From IMG/VR virus record IMGVR_UViG_3300028888_000135, positions 1,006 to 65,005 of that record: a DNA stretch of 64,000 nt; one strand, given 5' to 3'. The stretch is from a virus (Duplodnaviria > Caudoviricetes). Within the stretch, counting starts at the first letter, position 1, and every line of letters starts with the position of its first letter. The position numbers and the translations under genes were made by a program. The notes beneath the pieces are model-generated. The model did no database searches and had not been told where the DNA came from. It saw only the letters and a list, made by a program, of their open reading frames with translations. Below are positions 1 to 9,975 of this stretch, piece after piece.

Positions 1-1917
1 ACTACCAGAAGTAGCAATATTTCCTAAAAGACGATTACACAATACTGGTTTTATTGTATCACTGCGACCATTTGTAAGAGCAGGATAGCTTTGACTAATA
101 TTTAATCGTTTTATATTATCATTGGTTGTTTGTACAACCGTATAATTATTAAAAGTTCCATCAAGTGTAACAGTTCTAATACATTGAACAAGTTTTTTCC
201 TTTTAAAGTCAATAAAATCAGAGGCATAATTTTCAAAAAAATTACTATTATTAAAGTATTCTGTATTATCACATTGTATACCTGATAAACCATTGGTTAT
301 AGGAATATTAATAGTGGTGTTTTCATAAGGCATAAACTTTACATTACTTGATGCCTCACTTACTTGCATCATCATTGGATAGACTACGCAATTATATGTT
401 GTACCTACAGAAACATCACCAGTCATACGAAGACGAAGATAATTGCGTTTTATAGTATTATCTATTTCTTGTTGTTTAGATCCATCATTACCATTAGTCC
501 AAAATTTAGAACTTAAACTTCCAGAATCTGAAGTGCTAGAATACATTTGAATTAAAAGATTTTCAAAGCCTTGCCCACTTCCAAATAAAGCAAATTGATA
601 TACCCCTGGAGGAACATTAAGTATACAATTATTATCTACATAATTTTTATGAAATGGGTATCCGGCTACGCCCTGTTCTGTACTACCACCCGCAACAAAT
701 CCAGCAATATGAAGTCCGCCATCTGGTAATGGGGTAACACGTACATAGGTATTTACAGCAGAAGGGTTTATAATCACTTCACCGTTTTCGTATTGGAGTA
801 AATTTTTAGAACGAACATTTATTTTAATTGCACCTTCGTCACCAACATTAGTAATTTCTTGTGGACTATAGGGTGACGGTATTCCACCAACATAAGGTTC
901 AAATGATGTGTCACTTTCACTACTTAATGTCAACATAGGATAAATTGTACAATCATAAGTTTTATTTGGGGCAATCATTAATGATACGTAAGAAACTGTT
1001 CTGGTATAATCAACTGTGATAGGATTACTGCTAGGTAATTCCATTACCATTCCACCATCCCTTCCACTTATTAGAGTTAATCCTAATTGTAAATTTTCAA
1101 ACCCTGTGCCATTACCAGTTAATAATAAATTATATTTACCTTCAGGAACATTTAAAATTGAATGATTATTATGAAACCTATAACTAATAGAACTTGTACT
1201 TGTGCCTACTATATGTAAACCACCATTATTTTCAACACTAATTGTTACACCAGATTCAGTTTGGGGAAGTGGTGATTCGTATGGCAATAAATTTTTGCCA
1301 ATATTTTGTATAGATTTACCAAAAATCATCATATCACGTGGTGGTAATGGTAAAGAGTTATCTGTGTAAAAACTTGTTGTAGTTACTGTAGCACCCTTAT
1401 TACCAACTCTAGAGCCAACATTATCATAAGGATATTCATAATTATACATTGTTCCATCATCTACTGGACTATTATAGATTCCACCATCTATCCATTCACC
1501 ATTATCATAATAATACCAGTGTCCACTTTCATATCCGCTTTCATTACCAACATATATATACACTTTTTTAGTATCTTGCATATCATTGATAGAATAAGCA
1601 GTAGTTGGGGCACCATATAAATTTTTAATAATAGCTATTGTATTATTTAATTGGTCTTGTTTAAAATCTATATCACTTATTAAAGCATTTATTTGTGATA
1701 GTTTAGTGTTAACATTTCCAGTAATTTCAGATGTATCCAACAATTTTTGCCATTTTTCATTATTCATGTTCGGAGCTGATTCACCTGGATTAATATCTTG
1801 AACAGAAATATATACACTTCCATTAGAAGTAACTACATCTAATTGTTGATAACTATCACTAGAATTCCATTCTCCTTTTGGAGTCATTGCGATTTTACCT
1901 AGAGGTTGATATGCCAT
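1..1917 (-). CDS. Virion structural (tail/baseplate-type) protein; runs off the left edge, so it is missing from the ORF track
   Basis: ATG at 1917 (MAYQPLGKIAMTPKGEWNSSDSYQQLDVVTSNGSVYIS...). The frame was open in the parts I read by hand (about the first 220 codons and 61-120). It has GKNLLPY-type beta-rich segments and lies in the fibre module. Confidence 0.7.
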   Translation of the reverse strand, partial: MAYQPLGKIAMTPKGEWNSSDSYQQLDVVTSNGSVYISVQDINPGESAPNMNNEKWQKLLDTSEITGNVNTKLSQINALISDIDFKQDQLNNTIAIIKNLYGAPTTAYSINDMQDTKKVYIYVGNESGYESGHWYYYDNGEWIDGGIYNSPVDDGTMYNYEYPYDNVGSRVGNKGATVTTTSFYTDNSLPLPPRDMMIFGKSIQNIGKNLLPYESPLPQTESGVTISVENNGGLHIVGTSTSSISYRFHNNHSILNVPEGKYNLLLTGNGTGFENLQLGLTLISGRDGGMVMELPSSNPITVDYTRTVSYVSLMIAPNKTYDCTIYPMLTLSSESDTSFEPYVGGIPSPYSPQEITNVGDEGAIKINVRSKNLLQYENGEVIINPSAVNTYVRVTPLPDGGLHIAGFVAGGSTEQGVAGYPFHKNYVDNNCILNVPPGVYQFALFGSGQGFENLLIQMYSSTSDSGSLSSKFWTNGNDGSKQQEIDNTIKRNYLRLRMTGDVSVGTTYNCVVYPMMMQVSEASSNVKFMPYENTTINIPITNGLSGIQCDNTEYFNNSNFFENYASDFIDFKRKKLVQCIRTVTLDGTFNNYTVVQTTNDNIKRLNISQSYPALTNGRSDTIKPVLCNRLLGNIATSGS

Positions 1918-1920
1918 ATA

Positions 1921-2325
1921 TTATACCTCCTTCCATCCAGCGGGATAAGTTGATGGTGACCAAATATTATTTGCAATAACACACTCATAAACTTTACCTT
2001 CAAACATTACTTTGTCACCAATTTGATAGGCATTTGTACTATCTGGCTGTTCCCATTCTGGTATAACTTCTGGATCTGGAATTAAAACTTTTGCCCAAAG
2101 ACTTGGAGCCGCGATTGGACTCCAAGTTGGTTGAGCAATATGGTCTTGTAGACACTTATAAAGCACATTTTGTAAACGAACTTTATCGCCTACTTTATAT
2201 TCAGCGCTGTCGTTCCAGCGTGGAAATAATTGAACTACTTCTAAAGCATCTTCATCATTAAGGCTTAAAGCAGCCTTCTCAATGAAAGGGCGGAGTTTAA
2301 CCGCTAAATCAACTAAAGTTCCCAT
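1921..2325 (-). CDS. Trp-rich carbohydrate-binding (CBM5/12-like) tail-associated protein
   Basis: Two W..Y..GD.V.Y/F....Y.C...W.P modules (WEQPDSTNAYQIGDKVMFEGKVYEC). Confidence 0.7.
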   Translation of the reverse strand: MGTLVDLAVKLRPFIEKAALSLNDEDALEVVQLFPRWNDSAEYKVGDKVRLQNVLYKCLQDHIAQPTWSPIAAPSLWAKVLIPDPEVIPEWEQPDSTNAYQIGDKVMFEGKVYECVIANNIWSPSTYPAGWKEV

Positions 2326-2589
2326 TTACTCCACCCCCAATAGTATTTTAGCCGCCTGCAGTTCTTCTTGTAGCGCTTCAATGTCTTGTTGATTTTGAGA
2401 AAGCAAAGCAAAATATTCATCTTTATCATATTCAGTAAGTGTATATTGATAGCAATGTTCTATTGTATCTTCTACTTCACGTTCAACTTCTTGAATATTT
2501 GTAGCAAGAAAAACTTTAGTTTCTGTAATTTCTATAGATTCGGGTCTAATAAAAGAATAAGTAGGATTATAAATCTTCATTTTTATCAC
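2326..2589 (-). CDS. Small tail-fibre-associated/chaperone-like protein
   Basis: 87 aa, directly downstream of the fibre gene; acidic with a coiled-coil C-terminus. Confidence 0.55.
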   Translation of the reverse strand: MIKMKIYNPTYSFIRPESIEITETKVFLATNIQEVEREVEDTIEHCYQYTLTEYDKDEYFALLSQNQQDIEALQEELQAAKILLGVE

Positions 2590-4475
2590 CTACCATTTGT
2601 TAATTGCCATAAATTATAGCTATTAGTTTCAATTGTAGAACCTGCGGTTGGAATATACATAATACGAGCAGAATCACTACGATAATGATAATTATCTAAA
2701 GCAATATTAAAGCCATAATAGAATAAACCACTATTATCTTGAGAATTACATAATCCTCCAGCAAGACCACTCATAACTCCTGCCGCTGTAGTGGAATGAA
2801 CATAATCTCCAACAGGTAAAGCATTTGTAGCTGTGCCACCTATTTCTATTGGTAAATATACCCAATCAAAAAATTCGTCATATCCAAAAGCGTTTATCCA
2901 ACCGGTAGTAGTTGGAACAATAAAATCTATATTATCATCATAATAAGAGACAATGCCTTGTTCAAATTTTACTCCGCCAATAAAACGCCAGATATTTCCA
3001 TAAGGATTTTCAACTCCACGATAAGAAATAGCGCATTTACCACTTGTATTATAAGTATTTGTAACACCATTTATAATTTGAATTGTTTCTTCAGCTTGGC
3101 CAGAAGTATTACCTAAAGCATGGGTTGAACCAGAGTTACAAGAAATATTACTAGAAGAAGATGAAGAAATTTGTGTAATGCCAGGGTTAAAAACGTTTTG
3201 AATGTTTAAAGAACCATATTCAATTGCCATTAGCATTTGATGTAATGATTCAAAACGTAAATCGGTAATAGACCATCCAACTCCATTATTTTCTGCCATT
3301 TGTTCTGCGGCAGCATAAGTAAAGTTTTGTGTTTCGCCGCTAATAGGTTTAGTATTTACAATAGATACTAATTTGTCTGTTTCAAAATTAATATTTTGTG
3401 CATCATCTTTTTCAAATTCTCCAGATGCACGTAATGTACCAGATTCATAAGCAGGAAGTAATACATATTTTACTGTTTCATTATCTTTGTCTTTAAAAAT
3501 AGGATGTATTTTAAATCCTGCATATTTTTTATCTGAAATAAATATTTGTTCTTTATCAATTTTTATACCGTTAGTGGTTTTAGTAGTAGATATAGGCACA
3601 CGTAAATAATAAACTGGAGGTTGATAAACCATAATACGTTTATTTTCTACTGCTTCTAAAGTATCGTTATCACTTAAAAAGCGTTCAATGCTTCCATCTT
3701 CATTAACTATACAACGCTTGCGGCCGCCTAACATAGTATACGCATCAAAATCAGTTCCATTAGTTTTACCTATTGCTCCTTGTAAGCGTTTAAAACTACG
3801 ATTAACATAATCAATTTCAAGTCCTATAATATCTTCATTATGATATGTGCCACTAATAATTTGCGTTGTAATAATATCTGCTTCAGTTATTGTGCTGGGA
3901 GTAATATTACCATTTTCGTCTACTATAACAATAGACCCCTCATCTTCTGCTGAAATATTACCAGAGATATTACCAGAACCAGAACCTCCACCAGATGGAA
4001 TATTGTTAATTTTATTTTCTAATTCTGTTTTTTGATTTTGTAAGGCTTGTGTAATAGCCTTTTGAGTCATACTACCGTCTTCATTTAAGCCAGTAGTAAA
4101 GTAATTTTTCATTACTTCATAAGCCTGTAAAATACCCTTTTTTCGCGTGCGAACTTTTTTGATTTTTGCCGAAGAAGTATTATCATCTATTACATCTACT
4201 TCTGAAACTCCATCTGTTTCAATAGAAGACACGGCTTCTTGAACTTTGGATTCAATTGCCGTATCAATATCATTTTCTAATAAATCAAAAGCTTCTGCGG
4301 CTTCTTGCGCGCGGGTATTAGCTTCCTCTGCGGCATCAAGTGCTTCTTGTGCTTGGTCTATTTTTGCCGCGACTTCATTTGCTTTTGCCATTGCTTCATT
4401 TGCTTGGCGAGTTAATTTTTCTGTTTCTCCTGTGAAGGATTTCTTTTTGGCTATAATAATATCTAAAATATCCAT
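2586..4475 (-). CDS. Tail fibre / receptor-binding protein with coiled-coil N-terminus and Mtd-like C-type-lectin-fold C-terminus
   Basis: Ala/Glu heptads at the N-terminus; YRGVENPYGNIW and GG....SGLFYY....SARI motifs typical of Mtd/CLec-fold domains. Confidence 0.65.
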   Translation of the reverse strand: MDILDIIIAKKKSFTGETEKLTRQANEAMAKANEVAAKIDQAQEALDAAEEANTRAQEAAEAFDLLENDIDTAIESKVQEAVSSIETDGVSEVDVIDDNTSSAKIKKVRTRKKGILQAYEVMKNYFTTGLNEDGSMTQKAITQALQNQKTELENKINNIPSGGGSGSGNISGNISAEDEGSIVIVDENGNITPSTITEADIITTQIISGTYHNEDIIGLEIDYVNRSFKRLQGAIGKTNGTDFDAYTMLGGRKRCIVNEDGSIERFLSDNDTLEAVENKRIMVYQPPVYYLRVPISTTKTTNGIKIDKEQIFISDKKYAGFKIHPIFKDKDNETVKYVLLPAYESGTLRASGEFEKDDAQNINFETDKLVSIVNTKPISGETQNFTYAAAEQMAENNGVGWSITDLRFESLHQMLMAIEYGSLNIQNVFNPGITQISSSSSSNISCNSGSTHALGNTSGQAEETIQIINGVTNTYNTSGKCAISYRGVENPYGNIWRFIGGVKFEQGIVSYYDDNIDFIVPTTTGWINAFGYDEFFDWVYLPIEIGGTATNALPVGDYVHSTTAAGVMSGLAGGLCNSQDNSGLFYYGFNIALDNYHYRSDSARIMYIPTAGSTIETNSYNLWQLTNGR

Positions 4476-4488
4476 AGATAAATCCTCC

Positions 4489-4713
4489 TTATACTAAATT
4501 CCATTCCTTATTGCTGCCAGCAATATAAACATCTAATCCTCCGCTTTCGCCGCTTACAACAATACAGACAGAACCAAGAGTAATGTATTTTGGATCTATA
4601 TTATCCATGTCTTGTATTGTGTCACAATAATGCTCATAAGTGATTACATTGTCTTGTGAGCCATGCTTGGTCATAATATTCATTCTATAACCCCCTTTAT
4701 TCGCCTTCCCCAA
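4489..4713 (-). CDS. Hypothetical protein (probable start 4683, MNIMTKH)
   Basis: ORF track; fits the tightly packed operon. Confidence 0.55.
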   Translation of the reverse strand: MGKANKGGYRMNIMTKHGSQDNVITYEHYCDTIQDMDNIDPKYITLGSVCIVVSGESGGLDVYIAGSNKEWNLV

Positions 4714-5135
4714 GAAAAGCGTTTATTATAATATCCTTCTAATAAGGTAGATATTACCACTTTATGTTTGCCAGAAGAACAATGAATAAATTCTCCATTA
4801 CCAATATAAATACCGGCGTGGTCGCATAAATCTCTATCATTACGGGTATTAAAATATACGGTATCGCCAGGCCGCAAGTCTTCTATTTTTTCTATTTTTT
4901 GGTATTCTTCATTATAACCTTGTTGTTTTGCTGTTCGGGGAAGTTCAATATCGTAAATAGTTTTATAGCAATAAAAAACAAAACCAGAACAATCAAAAGC
5001 ATTGGGTCCTTCGGCACCATACCGATAGGGTTTATCTAAATGAAGAGTCGCTTTATTAACTATTTCTTCGGCGTATCCTATTGTTATAAAGAATAATAGA
5101 ATTGCCGCGAGAAAAGCGATAAGTGCTTTTTTCAT
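4680..5135 (-). CDS. NlpC/P60 (C40) peptidoglycan endopeptidase with signal peptide
   Basis: PYRYGAEGPNAFDCSGFV, LRPGDTVYF and HAGIYIGNGEFIH motifs; hydrophobic N-terminus. Confidence 0.92.
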   Translation of the reverse strand: MKKALIAFLAAILLFFITIGYAEEIVNKATLHLDKPYRYGAEGPNAFDCSGFVFYCYKTIYDIELPRTAKQQGYNEEYQKIEKIEDLRPGDTVYFNTRNDRDLCDHAGIYIGNGEFIHCSSGKHKVVISTLLEGYYNKRFSWGRRIKGVIE

Positions 5136-5193
5136 TTATATCACCTCAAATAGAGAAGTGAGAATGCTATATAATTGTTCTGGTTTTTAGTGC

Positions 5194-5958
5194 TTATTCA
5201 GTAATTAGTTGCCAACCGGCTGGATAGGCTTCTGGTGACCAAGTATTATTATCAATTAATGATTCGTATATATCACCATTGTATAATACGCGGTCTCCTG
5301 TCATATAAGGATTATTTGAATCTGGCTGCGTCCATTCGGCAATGGTTGGTTCTTGTTGTGCTTCAGAATCAGAAACCCAAGGGGCATTCACTGTGCCAGG
5401 CTCCCAAACATTATTATCCGCGGTTGAAGTCCAAATTTCTCCGTTGTGGCGAACACGAGCTCCCGTGGCGTAACCGTTTGTAGAATCTGGTTGAATCCAA
5501 TCATAGATAATGGTTGGGTCTGGATTTAATAGAATTGCGAATAAGCTTGGTGCGGCGTCTGGCGTCCAAGTATCTTGAGAAGTATGAGCAGTAAGAACTT
5601 TATATAAACCTTGACGATAACGAAGACGATCGTTTACTGCGTAATTTACACCAGACTTCCATTCTTTGAAGAGGATTGGATATTCTGCGGCGGCCTCATC
5701 AGAAAGTGTGGCTGCTACTGCGTTTAAAGAAGTGCGAAGTTCTTCAACTTCAGAGGTTGTATTTACGCCAAGTTCTTCATAAATTTCTTCTGCTTCAGTG
5801 CGAGAATAGATAACGCCTTTTTCTACATATAAATTAAAGTATTCCAAGGCTTCTTGGATGCTATCAGTTGGAGTGTAACCTTCTGTTGGTTGGTCTCCGC
5901 CAAATGCGACTAATAGACCAGCACGATTATTAGAATAAGTTTCTTTCATGAATCCCAT
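5194..5958 (-). CDS. Protein with three Trp-rich CBM5/12-like modules
   Basis: WKSGVNYAVNDRLRY, WIQPDSTNGYATGARVRH, WTQPDSNNPYMTGDRVLY. Confidence 0.7.
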   Translation of the reverse strand: MGFMKETYSNNRAGLLVAFGGDQPTEGYTPTDSIQEALEYFNLYVEKGVIYSRTEAEEIYEELGVNTTSEVEELRTSLNAVAATLSDEAAAEYPILFKEWKSGVNYAVNDRLRYRQGLYKVLTAHTSQDTWTPDAAPSLFAILLNPDPTIIYDWIQPDSTNGYATGARVRHNGEIWTSTADNNVWEPGTVNAPWVSDSEAQQEPTIAEWTQPDSNNPYMTGDRVLYNGDIYESLIDNNTWSPEAYPAGWQLITE

Positions 5959-5978
5959 AGTAGATTCCTCCTTTCATA

Positions 5979-7619
5979 TTAAATTGGTTTTAACCAAATC
6001 ATCCCTTCTGTGGGTGATGATGGGGTATCGGTGGAGTAGACTATTCCTAAAGCTGTGAGGAAATTTTCTGGTTGAGAAATAATATAATTTACTGTATTAT
6101 CTTTTGGAGTTTGAATTGTGATTCCTAGATAATCTCCCCAGCTACTAGTGGAACTATTATAATTTCTAGATTGTAAAGCCAAAGAAGTATTACCATTTGT
6201 AAAAGCATTTTGTCTTATTCTAGCAATACCATTATCTCCGCTATCACCTATATATGCTACATTATAGCTTACTGTTGTGCCGCCATTGTCGGCGGCACTA
6301 CAAGTTGCGGTAGAATCAAATGCCATTATACCATTTAATATAATTTGTCCAGAACTAGTTCTGTATACCAGCCATTTTCCACTTGTTGTAGATGTTCCAG
6401 ATCCTCCGTATCCAGTGCTCCATATTCCTTGAGAACCACTTGTATTAAAAGCTAATGTTATGGTCTGATTAGGTACTGTAGTTTGAGTAACGTTAATACC
6501 GCTGTTTCCGCTTACTCTACTAACAGTTAAATTACCGCCCATTACACCACCACTAATATAAGGAACTACATTAGTACCATTATGACAAAAGACCGGATGA
6601 TAAGCATTTAAATAGATATTAGATGCACTATAAGCAAGTCCTAAATAAATATAAATTTTTCCATCATTTGTTGTTGGTAGTGTTTGTGTCCACCATTGTG
6701 TACTATCTAATTTAAAAGTGGCTCCATCGGCATTAGGTATACCTACTAAATAAATTGGTTTTTGATAAGATAAACTTACATCAGCTGCAGTTGTACCTAT
6801 ACTATATCTTAAGTTCATGCCTATAGCAGAATAAGCTGTAAAGGCGCCAGTTCCTCCTGGAGCTGCGTAAACATTTGCAGATGGATATAATATAGAAGAA
6901 TCAATTAAGAAATTAGCGGTTGATGCTACTTTTGCAGATGCAGTACCTTGATCTGCTGCGGTTGAACCTGAAACTGCTGAAATTGCTGACCATTTTTGAT
7001 TTGGTGTCATCATTAATAAGCAATATCTATGATAGCCTAAACCGCCATTAGCACTTGTTTCTAAATCTGTATTAGCACTGCTTGTACTGCTAATTAATTG
7101 TGATAAATCATATGTAGTATTACACCAATACTGACGGAACCAACTAGCACCATCGTATATAAACATTACAATGGCTCCAGCAATCCAACCGTTTGTGGTT
7201 GTACCTGATGACATTGTAGAAGTACCATATTGATATAAGGTTTTTGCTCCAGTTCCGGCTACATTTAAGGTCATTGGAGTAGCCGCAGATGCATAAGTAA
7301 ATTTTACTACCACCATAGTTCCTGCGGCTAATGTAAAATTATTTCCATTAACAAGAGTTACTACTTTTGCTTGTGTGGCGGCTGCAGTGCCACATGTACC
7401 ATAATACACCCCATTGATCGCGGGTGCTACATCATTTAAGTCACCCCAATAAGCGCTTGTACCATTTGTGCGTAAAATTTGTCCATTACTTCCAGCACCA
7501 TATGTGCTTCCACTACTAACTGTAGGCGCCTTTAAAATTTGAAATTGTGCAGTTGTGCTGTATAAAGTATCGGTTGCCCGTAGGCTTCCGCTAACGACTG
7601 TATCTTTAAGTGCTGCCAT
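5979..7619 (-). CDS. Tail fibre protein
   Basis: S/T/G-rich; YYGTCGTAAATQAKVV module and short TDTPSSPTEGMIWLK terminal motif common in fibres. Confidence 0.7.
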   Translation of the reverse strand: MAALKDTVVSGSLRATDTLYSTTAQFQILKAPTVSSGSTYGAGSNGQILRTNGTSAYWGDLNDVAPAINGVYYGTCGTAAATQAKVVTLVNGNNFTLAAGTMVVVKFTYASAATPMTLNVAGTGAKTLYQYGTSTMSSGTTTNGWIAGAIVMFIYDGASWFRQYWCNTTYDLSQLISSTSSANTDLETSANGGLGYHRYCLLMMTPNQKWSAISAVSGSTAADQGTASAKVASTANFLIDSSILYPSANVYAAPGGTGAFTAYSAIGMNLRYSIGTTAADVSLSYQKPIYLVGIPNADGATFKLDSTQWWTQTLPTTNDGKIYIYLGLAYSASNIYLNAYHPVFCHNGTNVVPYISGGVMGGNLTVSRVSGNSGINVTQTTVPNQTITLAFNTSGSQGIWSTGYGGSGTSTTSGKWLVYRTSSGQIILNGIMAFDSTATCSAADNGGTTVSYNVAYIGDSGDNGIARIRQNAFTNGNTSLALQSRNYNSSTSSWGDYLGITIQTPKDNTVNYIISQPENFLTALGIVYSTDTPSSPTEGMIWLKPI

Positions 7620-7632
7620 AACGAGCCTCCTT

Positions 7633-9963
7633 TTAAATTTCTAGAAATTCATTTGCTTCTGTAATTTTATTTTTATAAAAAGAAGCTTTTTGATTTTCTC
7701 TAAAATTACCTTTGAATGAATTTTTATTTAAAGAAATGTTTCCATTTAAAAGAATTGTTGGATAAAATGTGAAATTATTAAATGTAACGTTTGGCCTAAT
7801 TAGTAATCTAATCCAATTATATTTATAAGTATCATCTATTGTTACGGTAGTAGTAGTAGAATTACCAGATTGTATCCAAGTATATGTATTTCCAGTGACA
7901 TTAGAGCCAATTAGTTGTATATCTATTTTAGGATGACCAGTATACATTGTATATATTCCATTAGGAATGTGTTTAATTGAATCATTTCCATTATAAGATG
8001 AAGTAATTGTAGAATCATAAAAATTCCAGATAAGAATAAAATTAGATGAATTGGTGTTGGTACCATTTAAAGTCATAGAGCCGTCAGAATTAAAAGTCCA
8101 ATTAATGCCATTTGTAGTTCCTGATTTATTAAGCCAATTTTCTCCAATTTCAACATAATTTTTACTTAATTCTTCCATTTCAAAGGTATGTAAATTTTGA
8201 GAATTATCAACTCTCATACCCATATTATACAATAATTTTATATCATTGTCAAGTAATGCGGTAGCATAGATTCTCATATCACTTATTCCGCCAATCCAAA
8301 ATTGACTAGTTTCATCTAATGCGAATAGATAATGTCCTGTTTTGGCTTTTATAAATTGTCCTGTGGAGGTACGATCGCTGGTACCAATAAGTTCTCCATT
8401 TGTATATTGTTTTAAAATTCCATCTTTAAATGTTAATGCAAGATGAATCCAGGTATCATAAGGCATTGCATCATTTGGTGGTATCCAACTATTAGACGAC
8501 CCAGTATTATTAGATGTATAATGTAACCACGTAATATAGGGTCTAAAATTTATATTATTATAATCTGTTAATCTTATTTTAAATATACCGTTATAAATTA
8601 CTCTATCTGTAACATCAGTATATTCTCTTTTTATCCATGCTGACCAAGTTAATTCTGGTATTAAAACATTGGATTGAAATATATCATCTGTGGAGCTTGC
8701 GGTGGTTCCATTTAAAAAAATTGTCTTATCATAGCGTGGGGTATTACTTGTAGCAGCAAGAACTGATGGAGTGGTAGCAAAATGATTATAACCGCTAGAG
8801 TCTTCAATTTGTGTATGATATAATACCTTATGTAATGGTTCACTTTCATATGGTATCCAAGGGGTGGCTGTGTCTCCTTCTTCTAACTTATAACCGCAAA
8901 GAAGAACAGTCCCAACGCTTCTTAAACCGCCGCAATATATGCGAGTTAAACCATCAGGAGCAGTATCACTGGTTGGAGTAAAGGTCCAACTATATTGATG
9001 CCATTCATTATCATTCGTGAGGGTTACATTAGTATTAGCATACGTTCCACTTCCAATTTCAAAACATATACGTAAATTTGTTCCTGAAACAACTTTAGCA
9101 TAACAACTCATTGTATAAGTGTTGCCTATTGTTAAAGCAATAGTCCCACCACTATACCAAACCATTGAATGGAAGTTTGCTTCACTGGTGCGGGTATGTC
9201 GCACCATATATTGTAATCCTGGTGCGGGTGGGTCTTCTATTGGTTCAAATGTATTCGTATAATTAGTTCCACCAGCACCTTCCCAATATCTATTATAATT
9301 TCCATATACTTTAGTAAGAGAAGGAGCATCACTATCAGGCAATAAATTAGGATTAGGATTTGCATCATCCAACTTATAATGCACAATTAATCCCATTGAA
9401 ATCTCATGAACTTCCGCGGCAGAAAGGCAGTGGTCATAGATTCTGAAGTCATTTATTTTTGCTGCACAGTATCCTGTTTTACTATACCTGCATCCTAACG
9501 TAAAATTACATTCTCCGCCTTCAAAGCCTTTAGCCGAAGTAGTAGCAATTAATTGACCATTTACATATAACTTGCCAGAAGTGCTATCATGTGTTACACA
9601 TATATGATACCATGTATTTGCTACCCAATTATAAGTTATTTCAGGAAAAGATGAACCACTTCCTCCAATTTGAATCCTATGTGCAGTAACATATATAGGC
9701 TGATAGCCTACTCCTGTTTCAGATCGTGCATCACATAAAAAATTGCCTGTAGGTTGAGAAGAAAAATTTGCCCAACAACAAAAACTTATGTTTGTTGTTA
9801 TTTGATAGGTTCCTGTAATATAATTGCTAGTACCGTTTAAAGAATAGCATTTTCCAATTTTTCCATTATCATCAATCGTTGCACCATTATTAGTAACTTC
9901 AATATCACTACACCCTAAATTTCTCAAATCCCCATCAAGGGGGAGCCACACTTTTAAACTCAT
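7633..9963 (-). CDS. Tail protein with two LamG/concanavalin-A-like domains flanking a CBM-like domain
   Basis: NTWYHICVTHD...KLYVNGQL...INDFRIYD and TWIHLALTF...YTNGEL...ISDMRIY; middle WHQYSWTF...YKLEEGDTATPW. Confidence 0.8.
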   Translation of the reverse strand: MSLKVWLPLDGDLRNLGCSDIEVTNNGATIDDNGKIGKCYSLNGTSNYITGTYQITTNISFCCWANFSSQPTGNFLCDARSETGVGYQPIYVTAHRIQIGGSGSSFPEITYNWVANTWYHICVTHDSTSGKLYVNGQLIATTSAKGFEGGECNFTLGCRYSKTGYCAAKINDFRIYDHCLSAAEVHEISMGLIVHYKLDDANPNPNLLPDSDAPSLTKVYGNYNRYWEGAGGTNYTNTFEPIEDPPAPGLQYMVRHTRTSEANFHSMVWYSGGTIALTIGNTYTMSCYAKVVSGTNLRICFEIGSGTYANTNVTLTNDNEWHQYSWTFTPTSDTAPDGLTRIYCGGLRSVGTVLLCGYKLEEGDTATPWIPYESEPLHKVLYHTQIEDSSGYNHFATTPSVLAATSNTPRYDKTIFLNGTTASSTDDIFQSNVLIPELTWSAWIKREYTDVTDRVIYNGIFKIRLTDYNNINFRPYITWLHYTSNNTGSSNSWIPPNDAMPYDTWIHLALTFKDGILKQYTNGELIGTSDRTSTGQFIKAKTGHYLFALDETSQFWIGGISDMRIYATALLDNDIKLLYNMGMRVDNSQNLHTFEMEELSKNYVEIGENWLNKSGTTNGINWTFNSDGSMTLNGTNTNSSNFILIWNFYDSTITSSYNGNDSIKHIPNGIYTMYTGHPKIDIQLIGSNVTGNTYTWIQSGNSTTTTVTIDDTYKYNWIRLLIRPNVTFNNFTFYPTILLNGNISLNKNSFKGNFRENQKASFYKNKITEANEFLEI

Positions 9964-9975
9964 ATTAACTCCCCC

